Source of the DNA: Lama glama
Lineage: Eukaryota
Reading direction: 5' to 3'
Length of the DNA: 64,000 bases
Assembly (NCBI GenBank): GCA_028534125.1
Contig: CM052817.1
Location: 41,852,001-41,916,000, forward strand
The notes below the pieces were generated by a model. It saw nothing but the letters and a program-made list of their open reading frames with translations, was not told the origin of the DNA and did not search any database. The translations under genes were made by a program, and so were the position numbers. This document shows, in pieces, positions 13,057 through 26,518 of the stretch (position 1 is the stretch's first letter; the number at the start of each line of letters is the position of its first letter).

Positions 13057-13515
13057 AGAATACTACTCAGCCATAAAAAGGAATGAAATAATGCCATTTG
13101 CAGCAACATGGATGCAACCAGAGATTATTATACTAAGTGAAGTAAGTTAGACAAAGATAAATATCATATGATGTCACTTACACATGGAATCTAAAAAAGT
13201 GGCACAAATGAACTTATTTACAAAACAGAAACAGACTCATAGACGTGGAAAGAAATTTATGGTTAATGGGGTAAAAAGGAGGAGAGGGATAAATTAGGAG
13301 TTTGGGATTCACAGATACTAACTACCGTATATAAAACAAATAAACAACAATGTCCTATTGTTTAGCACAGGGAACTATATTCAATATCTTGTAATAACCT
13401 ATAATGATAAGGAATAAGAAAAGGAACATATATACATGTGTAACTGAATCAATAATGTGTACACCAGAAATAAACACAATATTGTATATCAACTATACTT
13501 CAATAAAAATAAAAA
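12989..13515 (+). mobile_element. 5'-truncated artiodactyl-type L1 3' end
   Basis: gaatactactcagccataaaaaggaatgaaataatgccatttgcagcaacatggatg...agcacagggaactatattcaatatcttgtaataacc...caataaaaa. Confidence 0.92.
13012..13055. repeat. (AC)22 microsatellite inside L1
   Basis: Direct reading. Confidence 0.97.
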
Positions 13516-14479
13516 CAGATTAATCATATTCTCTCTACATACATGTGTATATCTAAAATTCTCCTCAAAAATAGATTTAGTAACATAAACTTTCCAATAT
13601 GAATGACATATAGAAAATGATATAGAGAATTTAATGAATTTTTAAAATATTTCCCTCAAAAGGCCTTGAATATGATTGAAGGACAAACTGGATAAAAGCC
13701 AGAATAAAGAAAAGAGATTTAGAAAAACATAATGTGATTTTTTTTAAATAAAGAAATAATTATGGGGTAGTTTGTGAAGGAGGCTCTAAAGGTCCTCAAT
13801 TATGTAGGCAGAATGTAAAATAATTTTCAGTAGCAGTTTTCAACACACGTGTGGCAAAAGATTTCTTTTTGCATGGAAAGCAAGAGAGATTTATGAGTTA
13901 CACTTTTAATAAGTTATTTCTTTTTTAATGATATGGGAATATTTTAATAAAATGTCATGTTTCTTTTCATTAGTCAAGTAAATGCCACTGCAGTTAACTA
14001 TATCCACAGCAGTTACATTACATTGTCACACATAAAAGTTCAAAATGTATAATGTGAAGATACACTGAATAAGTGCCACATTATGGTGGATAAGACTAAA
14101 GATGTAAACTTAACCCTGCTCCCAGCTGGTGCACCACAAATCCATAATAAATAGAATCCTTCAGGTGTCACGTGATTGCTTCTGTCTTCTACCCAGTGTT
14201 GCCCAAGTGCTTTTAGGAGCTCACCTGGAGAAAGTGACTAGAACAAAGCAACAAATAATGGCTCTAAGATATAAGGTACATTATTGTGAAAGACTATATG
14301 GAATAAACAAAAGCCAAGATCCAATAATGTGCTACAATCATATACAAAGCTTAAACTTTATGTGTTAGTGTCAAACTAAACTCATGGGATCATATTTGCA
14401 CTAGGTCTATAAAATTCTTGCTTGTGCTTGGCTCTTGCTTTGTTTAAGGACTTCACCCATAAGTGACAGAAATACTAAG

Positions 14480-15610
14480 GAGTGTGGGAGCAATTATAAT
14501 GATGGCTCCCAATTAGCATAGGGGAAGAGGAAGACCCTCAGAAGTCTTTCTGGTGAGTTAATGCCTGAGATGGTCTTAAAACCAGCTAAGTAGGAAATGG
14601 GGAAAAAAGAGAAACTTCTGAATAAAGATGACAGAATAAGACAACACACAGAGACAAGAAAAAGTATGATATATTCAAGGAAACTCAGCAGTAGGGGACT
14701 TCTACAGCTTAAGACAAATAAGGGTTGAAACTGGAGAGATCCAGGAAGGACTTCCAAGCCACATTAAAGATTTTGGGCTTCACTGTATATATGACAAAAA
14801 TTCTTTAAATATCCTTAAGGAACAGACTGACAGATCAGATTTTCAGTTTAGAAAAGCTATTTTGGCAGTCGTATGGAAGTTACAGCTAAAGACAATATTA
14901 GCCTGGAGGCAAGAATTTCAGTTAGGAGATGTTATGGGTTGACTTCTGTCCACTCAAAAGATATAATAAAGTACTAACCTCCAGTACCTCAGAATATGAC
15001 CTTATTTGGAAATAGGGTCATTGCAGATATAATTCATTAAGATAAGGTCCTACTAGAGTAAGATAGACTCAATCCAATATGACCAATATCATTATAAGAG
15101 AGAGGTAGAATATCATTTGAAGATGAAGGCAGAAAATGGAGAAGGGCATCTACAAACAAAGGAATGCCAAAGGATTGCTGATCATCACCAGAGGTTAGGC
15201 GAGAGGAATGCAACAGATTCTTTCTCAGAGGTCTCAGAAAGAATTAACCCTACCAACACTTTAATTTCACACATCTAGCTTCCAGAACTGTGAAAGCATA
15301 AACAGCTATTGTTTTAGCCACCCAGTTTATTATACTTTGTTAAGGCAGTCCTAAGGAAACCAAGGTCAGAGCAATGGTACAGAAGAGTGGAAGTAGGGAA
15401 ATGCCATTCAAGATGGATAGAAGAGAAAAACTTTCTGGATATATTTATAAGGTAAAATTGGTATATGTTAGCAATTGACCAGAAATTGGGAGTGAACTGT
15501 GGGAGGAGCCCAGGATGACTCAGTTTTCATGGGAGATGAGAGTGAATCAAAATAATATAATGAATATTGAAGAATCAATTTCAAGCAGGACGTATATTCA
15601 TTTTTAATGG
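14480..15610 (-). mobile_element. L2 fragment interrupted by an MLT1 LTR
   Basis: cagatcagattttcagtttagaaaagctattttggcag...ggaggagcccaggatgactc. Confidence 0.7.
14930..15363 (+). mobile_element. MaLR solo LTR (MLT1B/C-like)
   Basis: tgttatgggttga...cagtacctcagaatatgaccttatttggaaatagggtc...ccagaactgtga...ctttgttaaggcagtcctaaggaaac. Confidence 0.88.
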
Positions 15611-16289
15611 ATTTAAGTATAAAGGTAAAGGAAAATTTAGAATATTAAGAAAACAAATTCTAGTAACACTGGGCAGGTGATAGGTGTCCAGGGAAGTCAC
15701 CCATTCTGGGGCAAGTGATCACCAATGAGAGTCTTAATAATATTATCAAAGTTCTGGCAGATAGGCAGGCAGGAATCTCTGTTGGGAAACCTTAATACGT
15801 TCTGGTAAGCAACAACCCTTAAGAGTCATGGTTACTGGGCTGGCATCCTATTTTTGGCCACATAAAACAGGATCTCATTGGGAGAAATGAGTACTGAGAA
15901 AAGTATCATATAGGATTAGAATCTCTATGTGCTCTTCTGTTCTCCTTCAGTGTCATGTTCTACCTCCCATTACCCCAAGATTCTTCACTTGCTAGGGTAC
16001 CAAAAATGGCGCCCTAGAAAAATCATTAGATCTGAAGATGTTACATTTCCAAAATATTTGTGTTTAATAATTAAACTGGTTATTAAATCTTAATAACATA
16101 AAAGCCTTTGAGACCTAAAGTGATAGAGAGGGAGATATTTTTGAGTAAAAAGTATCTCTTGGCAGTCTTCAGTTCATATACTGGAAGTCAAAATTTATTT
16201 TGTTTACTTAAAAAACACTTCATACATACATTCCCCTTTCTCCAACTCCTATTACTTCCTGAACTTGCTTTAAGTTCTCATTTTAATAC

Positions 16290-16432
16290 ATTTTTATTAG
16301 TCTAATTTCTACTGATAGACTAAAAACTCCTTGAGGGCTGAGAATATGTCATCATAATTTTATTTTGGCACCAAAAAGAGCACAGTGTTTTGGAGAAGCA
16401 GACATTTATTAAATATTTGTTGAATGAATGGA
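16290..16432 (+). mobile_element. L2 3' end
   Basis: tagactaaaaactccttgagggc...aaatatttgttgaatgaatg. Confidence 0.75.
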
Positions 16433-17396
16433 TTGGTTTTCAAGGTTACACTGTCTAATAAATTAAAGACTCGGTCAGCAAATTATCTGATGTCTTATTC
16501 ATTTTGGATGAATTTCAGCTGCCTCTACAGTGATTTAGGGCAATCTTTGAAATTTATTTAAAGTGATAAATAGTCTTTAGTTTAAATATCATAATTGGTA
16601 TTTTTATCATTCTCTCTTTTGAAAATATCTCATGTTAGGCAAGATGGATTTCCATTGTATGAGTATAGCATACAGTACAGATAGTACAGATGTGTTCAAG
16701 AATATACAGTGACAAAATTCAGAGCTGGGTATGAAATTCAAAATTTTAGGTAGCTGTCCTGCAACCACTAGACTATTAATGAAATTCTTCTTACTTATTT
16801 GTTGTATTTACCTTTTATTTGAGGAAAAGTTCTCCAAGTAGTAAAATAACTGTTTAATATTTTACTTAAGTGATTTACCACTTTCAGAAAAGTATAAAAT
16901 ATTTGGCAGAGAACAAGACATTTTATGCATGTTAAAATAAAACTATTCTCTTACTTTTGTCATAGCCAAAGACCGTATTTCATAAAATTCAAGTATAAAA
17001 ACATTAGTTTCACATAATAGAAATAGAAACCACTGCAATTTAAATCAAAGAGTAAATATTCAAGTGAACATCAATTCTGTGAGAGCCATAGAAGGACAGA
17101 GTAAAATTTATCTCTTATTGTGTCTAGGGAAAATCTTTACCCAGTTTGATCATTTGGTGAAAGTTTTACTTAAGAGCAATATATACAAGAACTGGTTCCT
17201 GTCAGTGTAATCCTTAAGGAATGAACCTAAAATCTTCATCATTTCAGTAATCAATATCTAATTTTTTGTACTGTTTTTAAGTTTTCAAGTGATCATAAGA
17301 CTTTCTTTTATCCACATATTCAGTGTCATTGTTTTAATGGCAAAAGTTTTCTCTATTTTTTTCTTTACTTACATGATTCCTTTTTTCTGAGTTCAC

Positions 17397-17588
17397 CTTT
17401 TTTTTAAAAAAAATTTAATATAATTTTTAAAGGTTACTTTCCATTGACCATTATTACAAAATATTGGCTATTTTCCCCATGTTGAATAAATCCTTGAGCC
17501 CATCTTACACCCAATAGCTTGTACCTCCCACTCCCTCACCTTTATATTTCTCCTCCTCCATCTCCCCACTGGTAACCACTAGTTTGTG
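17397..17588 (-). mobile_element. Short L1 3'-end insertion (~190 bp)
   Basis: T-run, then ...acaaaatattggctattttcccc...cactggtaaccactagtttgt; degenerate TSD-like flanks ctgagttcacctttttt / ctgtgcttctcctttttt. Confidence 0.85.
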
Positions 17589-18117
17589 CTGTGCTTCTCC
17601 TTTTTTCATTAACTGATAAAAACTTAAATTGGTGGCCCACTAGTCACCAGCAAAGCACTCTGAGGTATGTGTTTTCATAGAAGTCAGAGTCCTAGCTCCA
17701 TTCATCTTTTATTTTTTATTCATTTTCCTTCTTATTTCTAAATTATATTTGCTTGTTCTACAGTGCCTTAAATCATTTGTAGAATAAGTTAGAACACAAT
17801 CAATTTATAATTTTTAAAAACCAGCATAAAGTATTTTTAAATGTGCACAATTATAGCTATAGTTTTATTTTTTTTTAATGTGTCTGTAATTCTACTATCT
17901 TTAAAGTCACTTTTCTGAAAGTACGAATGACTTGGGTGTTTCCTGCTAGCCACCACTTACGCTTGTGTAGACATGTATCATCAAGGTCTCATCTTCTCAC
18001 ACACAAGGCTGACCTCAGTACCTTGCACCTGCATGCTACTGAGGCATGATTTGGTGAATTTATATTACAGCTGAGCTACTGTCTCAGGGGAATGTTTAAT
18101 AATGATCAATGAAAAAC

Positions 18118-21100
18118 TTTTTTCCCACCTTTATTGGGATATAACTGACATAAAACACTGTCCACTTAAAATGTACAAGGTGTTAATTTGATAACTTACA
18201 TATTGCAAAATGATTACCACTGTAGCATTAACTAACACCACCATCATGTCACATAATTACCATTTCCTTTCCTTGAGGAAAACATTTCAGATCTACTCTC
18301 TTAGCAACTTTCAAGCATATAATACAGTACTGTTAACTATAGACACCATGCTGTACATCAGATTCCTGCCAATTTATTCATCTTCTAACTGGAAGTTTGC
18401 ACCATTTGACCAATACCTCCCCACTTCTCCCAGCTTGCAGGCCTTGGTAACCATCAGTCTACTCTCTATTTCTACAAGTTTGGCTTTTTAAAATCCCACG
18501 TACAAGTGGTATCATACACTTACTTATCTTTGATGTCTGACATTTCACTTAGCGTAATGCCCTCAAGGTCCATCCATGTTGTCCCAAATGGTAGAATTTC
18601 CTTCTTTCTAATGGTTGAATACCATTATATATGTATATACCACAAGTTCCTTATCCATTCATCCTTTGATGGACACTTATGTTGTTTCCATATCTTGACT
18701 ATTGTGAATAATGCTTCAACAAACATGGGAGTGCAGTCATTGGGACCCTGTTTTCATTTCCTTTGACCATATACCCAGAAGTGGGATTTCTGGATCATAT
18801 AATAATTCTATTTTTAATTTTTAAAGGAATCTTTATACTGTTTTCCATAAATGCATCAAATTACACTCCCATCAATAGTGTACAAGGGTTTCCTTTGTTC
18901 CATATCCTTGCCAACACTTGTTTCAAAAACTATTTCTTGTTTTTTGGATAAGAGCCATTCTAACAGGTTTGAGGTGATATCTCACTTTGGTTTTAATCTG
19001 CATTTCCCTGATGTCAGTGATGTTGAGCACCTTGATGCACCTCTTGGCCATCTGTATGTTGCCTTTAGAGAAATGTTTATTCAGATCCTCTGCACAATTT
19101 TTACTCAGACTGTTTTTGTTTTTGAGTTGCATGAGTTACCCTCTTTTATCAGTTATATGGCTTGCAAATAATTTCTTCCATTTCATAGGTTACCTTTGCA
19201 CTTTGTTGATTGTTTTTTTTCCTGTGGGAAACCATTTAGTTTCATGTAGTTCTACTTGCTGATTTTTGCTTTAGTTGCTTATACTTTTGGTGTCATATGT
19301 AAAAAAGTACTGCCAAGACCAATGTCAAAGAACTTTTTCCTTATGTTTTCTTCCAGGAGTTCTGTAGTTTCAAGTCTTACGTTTAAGTCTTTGATACATT
19401 TCATGTTAGTTTTTGTGAGTAGTGCAAGGCAGTCTAATGTCATTTTTCTACATGTGATTATCCTGTTTTCCCAACACCATTTATTTAATGAAGAGACTAT
19501 CTTTTCCCCCACTGAGTATTTTTGGCTCCCCTTTAAAATATTAGTTGACCATAAATTCGGGGATTTATTTCTGGGCTCTCTAATTCTTTTACATTGGCCT
19601 ATGTCCCTATTCTTATGCTGGTACCACATTATTTTAATTATTGTAGCTTTGTAGTACAATATGAAATCAGGAAGGGTGGTACCTCCACCTTTGTTCTTAA
19701 GTTTCAAGACTGTTTTGGCTATCTGGAATCTTTCTGGTTCCATATAAATTTTAGGAAATTTTTTTTCTATTTTTGAGTGAAAAGCTATTGACATTCTGAT
19801 AAGATTGCACTGAACTATACATAGCTTTGAGTGGTACAAATATTTTAAGAATATTAATTTTTCTGACTCATGAAGATAGGATATCTTTCCATTTCTTTGT
19901 GTCCCTTTCACTTTTTTCATCAAACTCTTGTGTAGTTACATTGTACAGGTCTTTCACCTCCTTAGTTAAATTTATTCCTAGGTATTTTATTGCTTTTGAT
20001 TCTGCCGTGAATGGGACAGTTTTCTTTATTACTTTCAGATGTTTTGTTGCTGGTGTATAGAAACACTACTGATTTCTGTATGTCAATTTTATATATGGAA
20101 ATTTTACTGAATTCCTCAATTAGTTCCAACAGCTTTTTGGTTGAGTCTTTAGGATTTTCTATTTATATAATCATATCATCTTCAAATAATGAGAATCTTC
20201 CTTCTTTTCAGATTTGGATGCCTTTAATTTCTTTGTTTTGCCTAACTGCTCTAGCTAGGACTTCCAGCACTTTCTTGAATAAAGAGTGCTGAGAATGACA
20301 CACTTGTCTTGTTTCTGACCTTAGAGGAAAAGCTTTCAATCTTTTACCATTGAGTATGATGTTAGCTATGAACTTGCCATACACGGCCATTATTACGTTA
20401 AGGTAAGTTCCTTCTAACTCATTTTGTTGAAAGTTTTTATCATGAAAGATGCCGTATTTTGTCAAAAGCTTTCTCTGCATCTGTTAATAAAACAATCATA
20501 TGATTTTTTTATTCTATTAATATGGTGTGTCACATTTATTGATTTGCATATGTTAAGCCATCTTTGCACCCTGGGGATAAATCCCACTTGATTATGGTGT
20601 ATGATCCTTTTAATGTTCTGTTTAGTTCAGTTTGCTAATATATTATTAAGAAAATTTGCATCTATATTCATGGTGGTATTGGTCTGTAGTTTTCTTTTCT
20701 TGTAGTGTCCTTATCTGGCTTTGGTATAAGGTAATCCTGGCCTCATAAAAAGAGTTTGGGTGTGTTTCTTCCTCTTCAATGTTTGGAAGAGTTTGAGAAG
20801 GAGTAACACCAATTCTTCTTTTAAGTGTTTGGTAGAACTCACCCATGAAACCAACAGGGCCTGGGATTTTCCTTGTTGGGAGGTTTCTGATTGACTGGTT
20901 CAATCTCCTTACTCATTATTTGTTCATATTTTCTATTTCTTCATGATTCAGTATTGGTAAGCTGCATGTTTCTAGGAATTTATCAATTTCTTTTACTTTA
21001 TCCAATTTTTGGACATATAATTGTTCATAGTGGTCTCTTATGATTCTATGTATTTCTGTGGAATCATTTGTAATGTGTCCTCTGTCACCTTTGATTTTAC

Positions 21101-24062
21101 TCATTTGAATCTTCTCTCAATGTTATTAGCAGCTAAAGGTTTGCCAATTTTATCCTTTTGAAAAGCAAGCTCTTAGGTTCTTTGATCTTTTCTACTGTTT
21201 TTCTGATCTCTATATCATTTATTTCCACTCTGGTCTTTATATTTCCTTCCTTCTGCTCACTTTGAGCTTAGATTTTTTTTTTCCTATTTCCTTGACATAC
21301 TGCTAGGGTGTTAACTTGAGAGCTTTATTTTTTCTTAATATAGGTGTTTATTACTATAATTTCCCTCTTAGAACTGCTTTTGCAGCATACCACAGGTTTT
21401 TGATATGTTGCATTTCCATTTTCATTTGTTTCAAGATATTTTTTGATTTCCTTTTTGAATTATTCTTTGACCCATTGGTTGTTGGAGAATATGTTATCTA
21501 ATTTCTACATATTAGTACATTTCCCAATTTTCTTTCTGTTGTTGATTTCTAGTTTCATACCACTGTAGTCAGAAAACATACTTGGTGTGACTTCAATCTT
21601 AAATTTCCTAAGGCTTGTTTGGTGGCATATCTTATGATCTATCCTGAAGAATGCTTCCTGTGCACTTGGGAAGATTTCTGGAGATGTATTCTGCTGTTGT
21701 TGAATGAAAGGTTCTGTACATGTCTGTTAGGTCTATTTGGTCTAAAGTATGGTACAAGCCCAGGATTTCCTTGTTGTTTTTCTGTCTGGATGATCTACCC
21801 ATTGTTGAAAGTCAGGTATTAAAGTCCCCTACTATTATCATATTGCTGTCTGTTTCTCCTTTCAGATGTGTTAGTATTTGCTTAGTATATTTCATGTTCC
21901 TTCCTTCTTTCTTGTTGCCTTTCTTTGTGAATTAATTATGGTCGAATTCCCTTCTCTATCTTTTGTGAATCTATTATCAGTTATCACTTTGTGGTTACTT
22001 GCATAAAACATCTAATAAATATGATAGTCTATGTTATACTGATTACAACTTAATTTCAATTAAGTACTCACTTCTGAAGGATAACTCTGCCAGTTAGAGT
22101 ACTCTTGGTTGACAACTTTTTTCTCTGAGCATTTTGAATGTATCATCCCACTCTCTCCTAGCTTACAAAGTTTCTGCTAAGAAATTCACTGATGGCCTAA
22201 TGAGGGTTCCTTTGTAAGTTATAATTTTTTTCTCTTGCTGCTTTTAGGATTCTCTGTCTTTGATTTTTGACAGTTTTATTATAATATGCCTTGGAGACGA
22301 TAATTTTGCATTGAAATAATGGGATGATCTATTGGCTTCATGAATTTGTATGTCTAAATCTCTCCCCAGGTTCAGGAAATTCTCAGCCATTATTTCTTTA
22401 AATAAGTTTTCTACCCACTTTTCCTTCTCTTCTCCTTCTGGAACTCTAATAATCTACATATTGATTCTGTTGATAGTGATTTAATTTTTCATAGATCACT
22501 TAGACTTTCTTAACTCTTTTTCATTACCTTTTCTTTGTTTTCCTCTATGCAGGTATTTTCAAAGTTCCTATCTTCTAATGCACAGATTCTTTTTCTATTT
22601 GGTCTATTCTGTGCTTGATGCTTTCTATTGCATTTTTTACTTCATTTATTGAATTCTTCAACTCCAGAATTTCTGTATGGTTCCTTTCTTAGGATTTCTG
22701 TTTCTTTGTTAAATTTCTCACTGTGTCCATCATTTTGTTGAATTGCCTTTCTGCATTTTTCTTGTAGTTTATTAAGTTTCCTTAAAACAGCTATTTTAAA
22801 TTTTTTGTTGGGTAAATCATAGATCTCTATGTCTTTGCCTTCAGTTACTGGAAGATTATTGTAATCCTTTCATAATGTTTCCTTGTTTTTTCCTGCTCCT
22901 TGGAGGTTTGTGTTGCTGCCTTCACATCTGAGTTAGCAGTCACCTCCTCCAATCTTTACTAACTGACTTCAGGGTAGCAATACCTTCCATCAGTCCTGTA
23001 AGAGATTCTGAGGCTTTATCAGGCCTTGAATGAACATACCTGCTCCACACTTCTTGCTCCCATCGTGGCAGAATTCTTAAGCTTGTATGTCTTCTCTCAA
23101 TCCTACAATGCACCAGGCTGGTGGCTGATAGCCTCTCTTTTGTTTTCCTGAAGGTAGCCCTACCTTTTTTGTGTTTTCCCCCGGCCCACAGATCCTACCT
23201 GCTTTCTGTGCATGCTTATTAGTCTTCTAATGAAGCTCATGCTCCCTGTTTTCTGGACTGAGCATAGGGAGCCAGCAGCAGAGTCAGAGGAAACATGCAA
23301 GTTTTGTGTATGCCTATGGGCCAGTTGCAGGAATTCACATATGAGACTTCCCCAGTGGTTTGTGGGCAATCTTCCTGATGGAGTCCACTATGCAGTCATT
23401 AGAAACTATGTCCCTTTAATACCCTCTCAGAATCACATCTGCCTCTTTCCCAATCTTCTTTTCCTCAGTCATGGAGCTCCAAGTTTAGGACACTGGGTGC
23501 CATAAGAGAGAAATGAGTCTCTTTGGCAGCATCCTGCAAAGCTGGAGAAGGCTTGCACTCACTCACCTGCTCTCCCTTACTCCATGGGAGAAATCTCAGG
23601 CCATTTGGGTCTCATTTAGGCCTAAGCTGTGCTGCTTTGTGGGAGGGGCGATATGGGCAAAGTCAAGCTGTTCTTATCCACTCCAATTCAGTAAGTCATA
23701 TTTTTCCCCCTCCGACAGAGTGCTACAACTTCTTCTCTGGAAACCTGGAATTCTACAAAGGCTCTCTTGTCCCTCCATGGGTGACTGCCCAAGTCAGTGT
23801 TCTCCAGGTGCTCTGGACCACTGCCGAGAGGGGCTGGAACTGGTTCACAGACTACTGCAGGTCCACAGCTGGTACTGAGGTCTGTTAGTCTATTACCCGA
23901 TGCACAGGTGTGTGAGACCCTGGGTCTCCTGGCAAATGGTACTGGATCCCACAGCTCCCACAGAGGCAGTTTTGTTTGTGGATGAATGAATGCCTAGTTT
24001 TTGTTCTCATGGAGGGGACAAAATGAGGAACGTCTTATGCTGCCATGATTCTGATGTCACTA
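18118..24062 (-). mobile_element. Near-full-length degraded L1 (L1MA-late-like) with 5' UTR, ORF1 remnant, frameshifted ORF2 and 3' UTR
   Basis: Minus-strand ORF-track pieces match L1 ORF2: NLPTRKIPGPVGFMGEFYQT (20646-20903), RLKAFPLRSETRQ (20208-20480), LPDFILYYKATIIKIMWY...NKWCWEN (19279-19923), DLNKHFSKGNIQMAK...REMQIKT..RYHL (18923-19132); GC-richer 5' UTR ~23000-24060. Confidence 0.95.
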
Positions 24063-24769
24063 TTTTCTTGGCAAATGTTTTGACACTTACATATTAAAAG
24101 TAAAGGAAAAATTTTAAGGAAAAATATCTTAAATAATAAGTAAATTCTTTTGGCATATCAGAGTAAAATATAACCTTCCCATGTGTATCAGAGAAATGTT
24201 ATCACAGATAGAATGCTGACAGAGAACAGGACCAAGTGAACTAACTCTAAAGTGTGCTGTTAAATATGCCCCACCTGGCTCCGTAAAGTCAATATTTTGG
24301 TGCTCAGAGGAGATAAAATGAGTTAAGGAATGCCCCTCCCAGTGTTTTAGACACTTGTTTCTCTCTGGTTGTGTAATTTGACATAATTAAACATATTAAG
24401 TACTCAAAACAGAGTGAACACATAGAAAATTAAATAGAGAGCTTTTAAAGAACTTTAAAAGTCAACATGTGCTTCTTTCATGCTGTCTCCAAATATCTGT
24501 TGCCAGCTTTCCAGTGAGACCCCAAACTAGTGGTTGCCTAGAATGGAGATGAGGAGGCAGGTAAGGGGTAGAAAACCGCTCTTCTGCATCTCTCTCTGTC
24601 CTGGCCCATCCCAACACTCACTAACTAAAGTTCTTACACTATATCAATCATAAAATTTTGTTCTGGGAACTCTGAGGCTCCAGGTGCGGACTGACAGATA
24701 GGTTACTGGGCTCTTACTCACTTTGTTTTTGTAACTTCTAGTGTGCAACATATATTTGCAGATCCATGA

Positions 24770-25030
24770 TTTGGGGCAGTTGCGTGACAGTGCTGACAGA
24801 TATTTGGCTATGGTCAATCAAAACCCCTACATTTTCTAGTCCTGAGCTGCTCTTCAGCCTGGATCACCACCACACAACTACATCCATTCTTAGGTGGCTG
24901 ACCTTTTGAACATGAGGCTAAAATTGTATATTGGTCCCTATATTAAATTACATCTCATTGATTTTGGCCAATTCCAATCTGTCCTCAATTTCTTTGAATT
25001 CTAATTCAAACATCTTAATTAATCCTCAAA
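24770..25030 (-). mobile_element. CR1/L3 fragment
   Basis: aaaacccctacattttct...gaccttttgaac...attaaattacatctcattgattttggcc resembles antisense L3 ORF2. Confidence 0.6.
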
Positions 25031-25169
25031 GCTTTAGGTAACTACAAATGTATTTATTTGTCCAATAAATAGTAACAGAGTGCTTAGTGTTAGTATATAT
25101 ACTAGAAAGTGGGGTTACAGAGATGAAAAATACAAAATTAATTTTTATTTTATCACCGGTATTGCACTT

Positions 25170-26300
25170 CTGTTAGCATTATTTCCTGTACACCAGCATT
25201 ATCTTGAATCTCTCAGTTCCTCTCCTTCCTCATCTTCAGTGAACCTCACTTCTACTCCACTTTCCCATCCAACTCTCATGTCTGTACCCTAGATTTGTCA
25301 TCCCTTGTAACTGGTCCACTGCCAAACCTGAGACTCAAACAACCACAGCTGTCCATTATCCTAGCTCTACCACTCAGCATTTCCCCAGCCTTGCACCAAG
25401 TCTTAGATCTTAGTGAGGTACCCAATTTCTAATGCTGCTTTTTCCCTATCAAATAGCCTAATCACATCACTGCTTGATTTCCTCCCATATTCAACTCCGT
25501 AGTACAGTATATCAATCACTCTTACTATGTCAACTCCCAGGCTTGTCTCTACACTATATCTTCCTTGATTTAAACTGAATGTCTTCCTCCAATACCTGGA
25601 AAGCTGTACTTTGCTAGAGAAAATAAGTAATGTCATTAAAGATTTGTGGCCTCCAACATCAATAGCTCACTTATTGCCATCTAGGAATACTTCCAGGTAT
25701 CACTAGTAAATGCTCTCTTTCCTGTCCTCATGCAGCCATTTCAAAGTATCTCCACTCATCTCAAAGCTCTGGCTACATTCTTGTTCAATATAAAGTAATA
25801 ACCTTACCATTACAAAACAAAATTAAAGCCGATAGAAATCCCTCAATTTTCTGCCATCAGACGTATAAACTGAACTGCACCGACATGCATGGTTTCTGTC
25901 TTTTCTCCTGTTATAGTGAGAGAGGGGTTTGCCCTCCAGGTAAGGGCAATTTCTCTTCCCATGGTGTGGATCATCCCTCTAACAGCTTCTCATGGACCTA
26001 GCTCTGTTAATTATTTATCTCTCTTCAGGAGGCTTCTCACCAGCATTTCAACATACTAAGTTCTTCCTGATGTAAAACAACAGAAATTCTTACGCCATCC
26101 AGTTTCTTTCCTACTCCACGATCAAAAGTTTGAAAGTGCTGCTGCATACAGGCATCTATTTAATCACCTCTCATTTATTCCTCAGCAAATGGTGAAACTA
26201 GACATTTCAGCAAAAAATCAGATATCACTAAATTTACAAATAATTTCTTATTGCCAAATCCAATGAAAATTCATCTGTTTTTGTCTTAATATACTCTTTC
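25170..26300 (+). mobile_element. L2 ORF2-region fragment
   Basis: C/T-rich L2 body, e.g. cttattgccaaatccaatgaaaattc; reverse-complement-like to the L2 at 45100-46200. Confidence 0.65.
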
Positions 26301-26518
26301 ATTTGGTAAATATTTATTGAGCCCTTATTACATTCAGGCCATGCTGAAGATAGAGTTGTTAAAAAAAAAAAGGTAAACACAGTTGCTCCCCTTGTGAATA
26401 TGAATTCTGATGGACTACTGTGATAACGTGCTAACTACTCACTGAAAAGAACACTTAACTGAAGGAACTTCTTTACACTCCCTTCCTAACTGACTTTTAA
26501 ACCTTGTAACCAGAGTTC

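Noticed and set aside
16000..16015. YY1-like AAAATGGCGC
   Set aside because: Single motif in probable degraded repeat with no supporting context
19279..19923. 214-aa ORF as a host gene
   Set aside because: Frameshifted L1 ORF2 fragment
23513..23985. Overlapping 121-aa ORFs in GC-richer sequence
   Set aside because: Antisense of the L1 5' UTR; no recognisable protein
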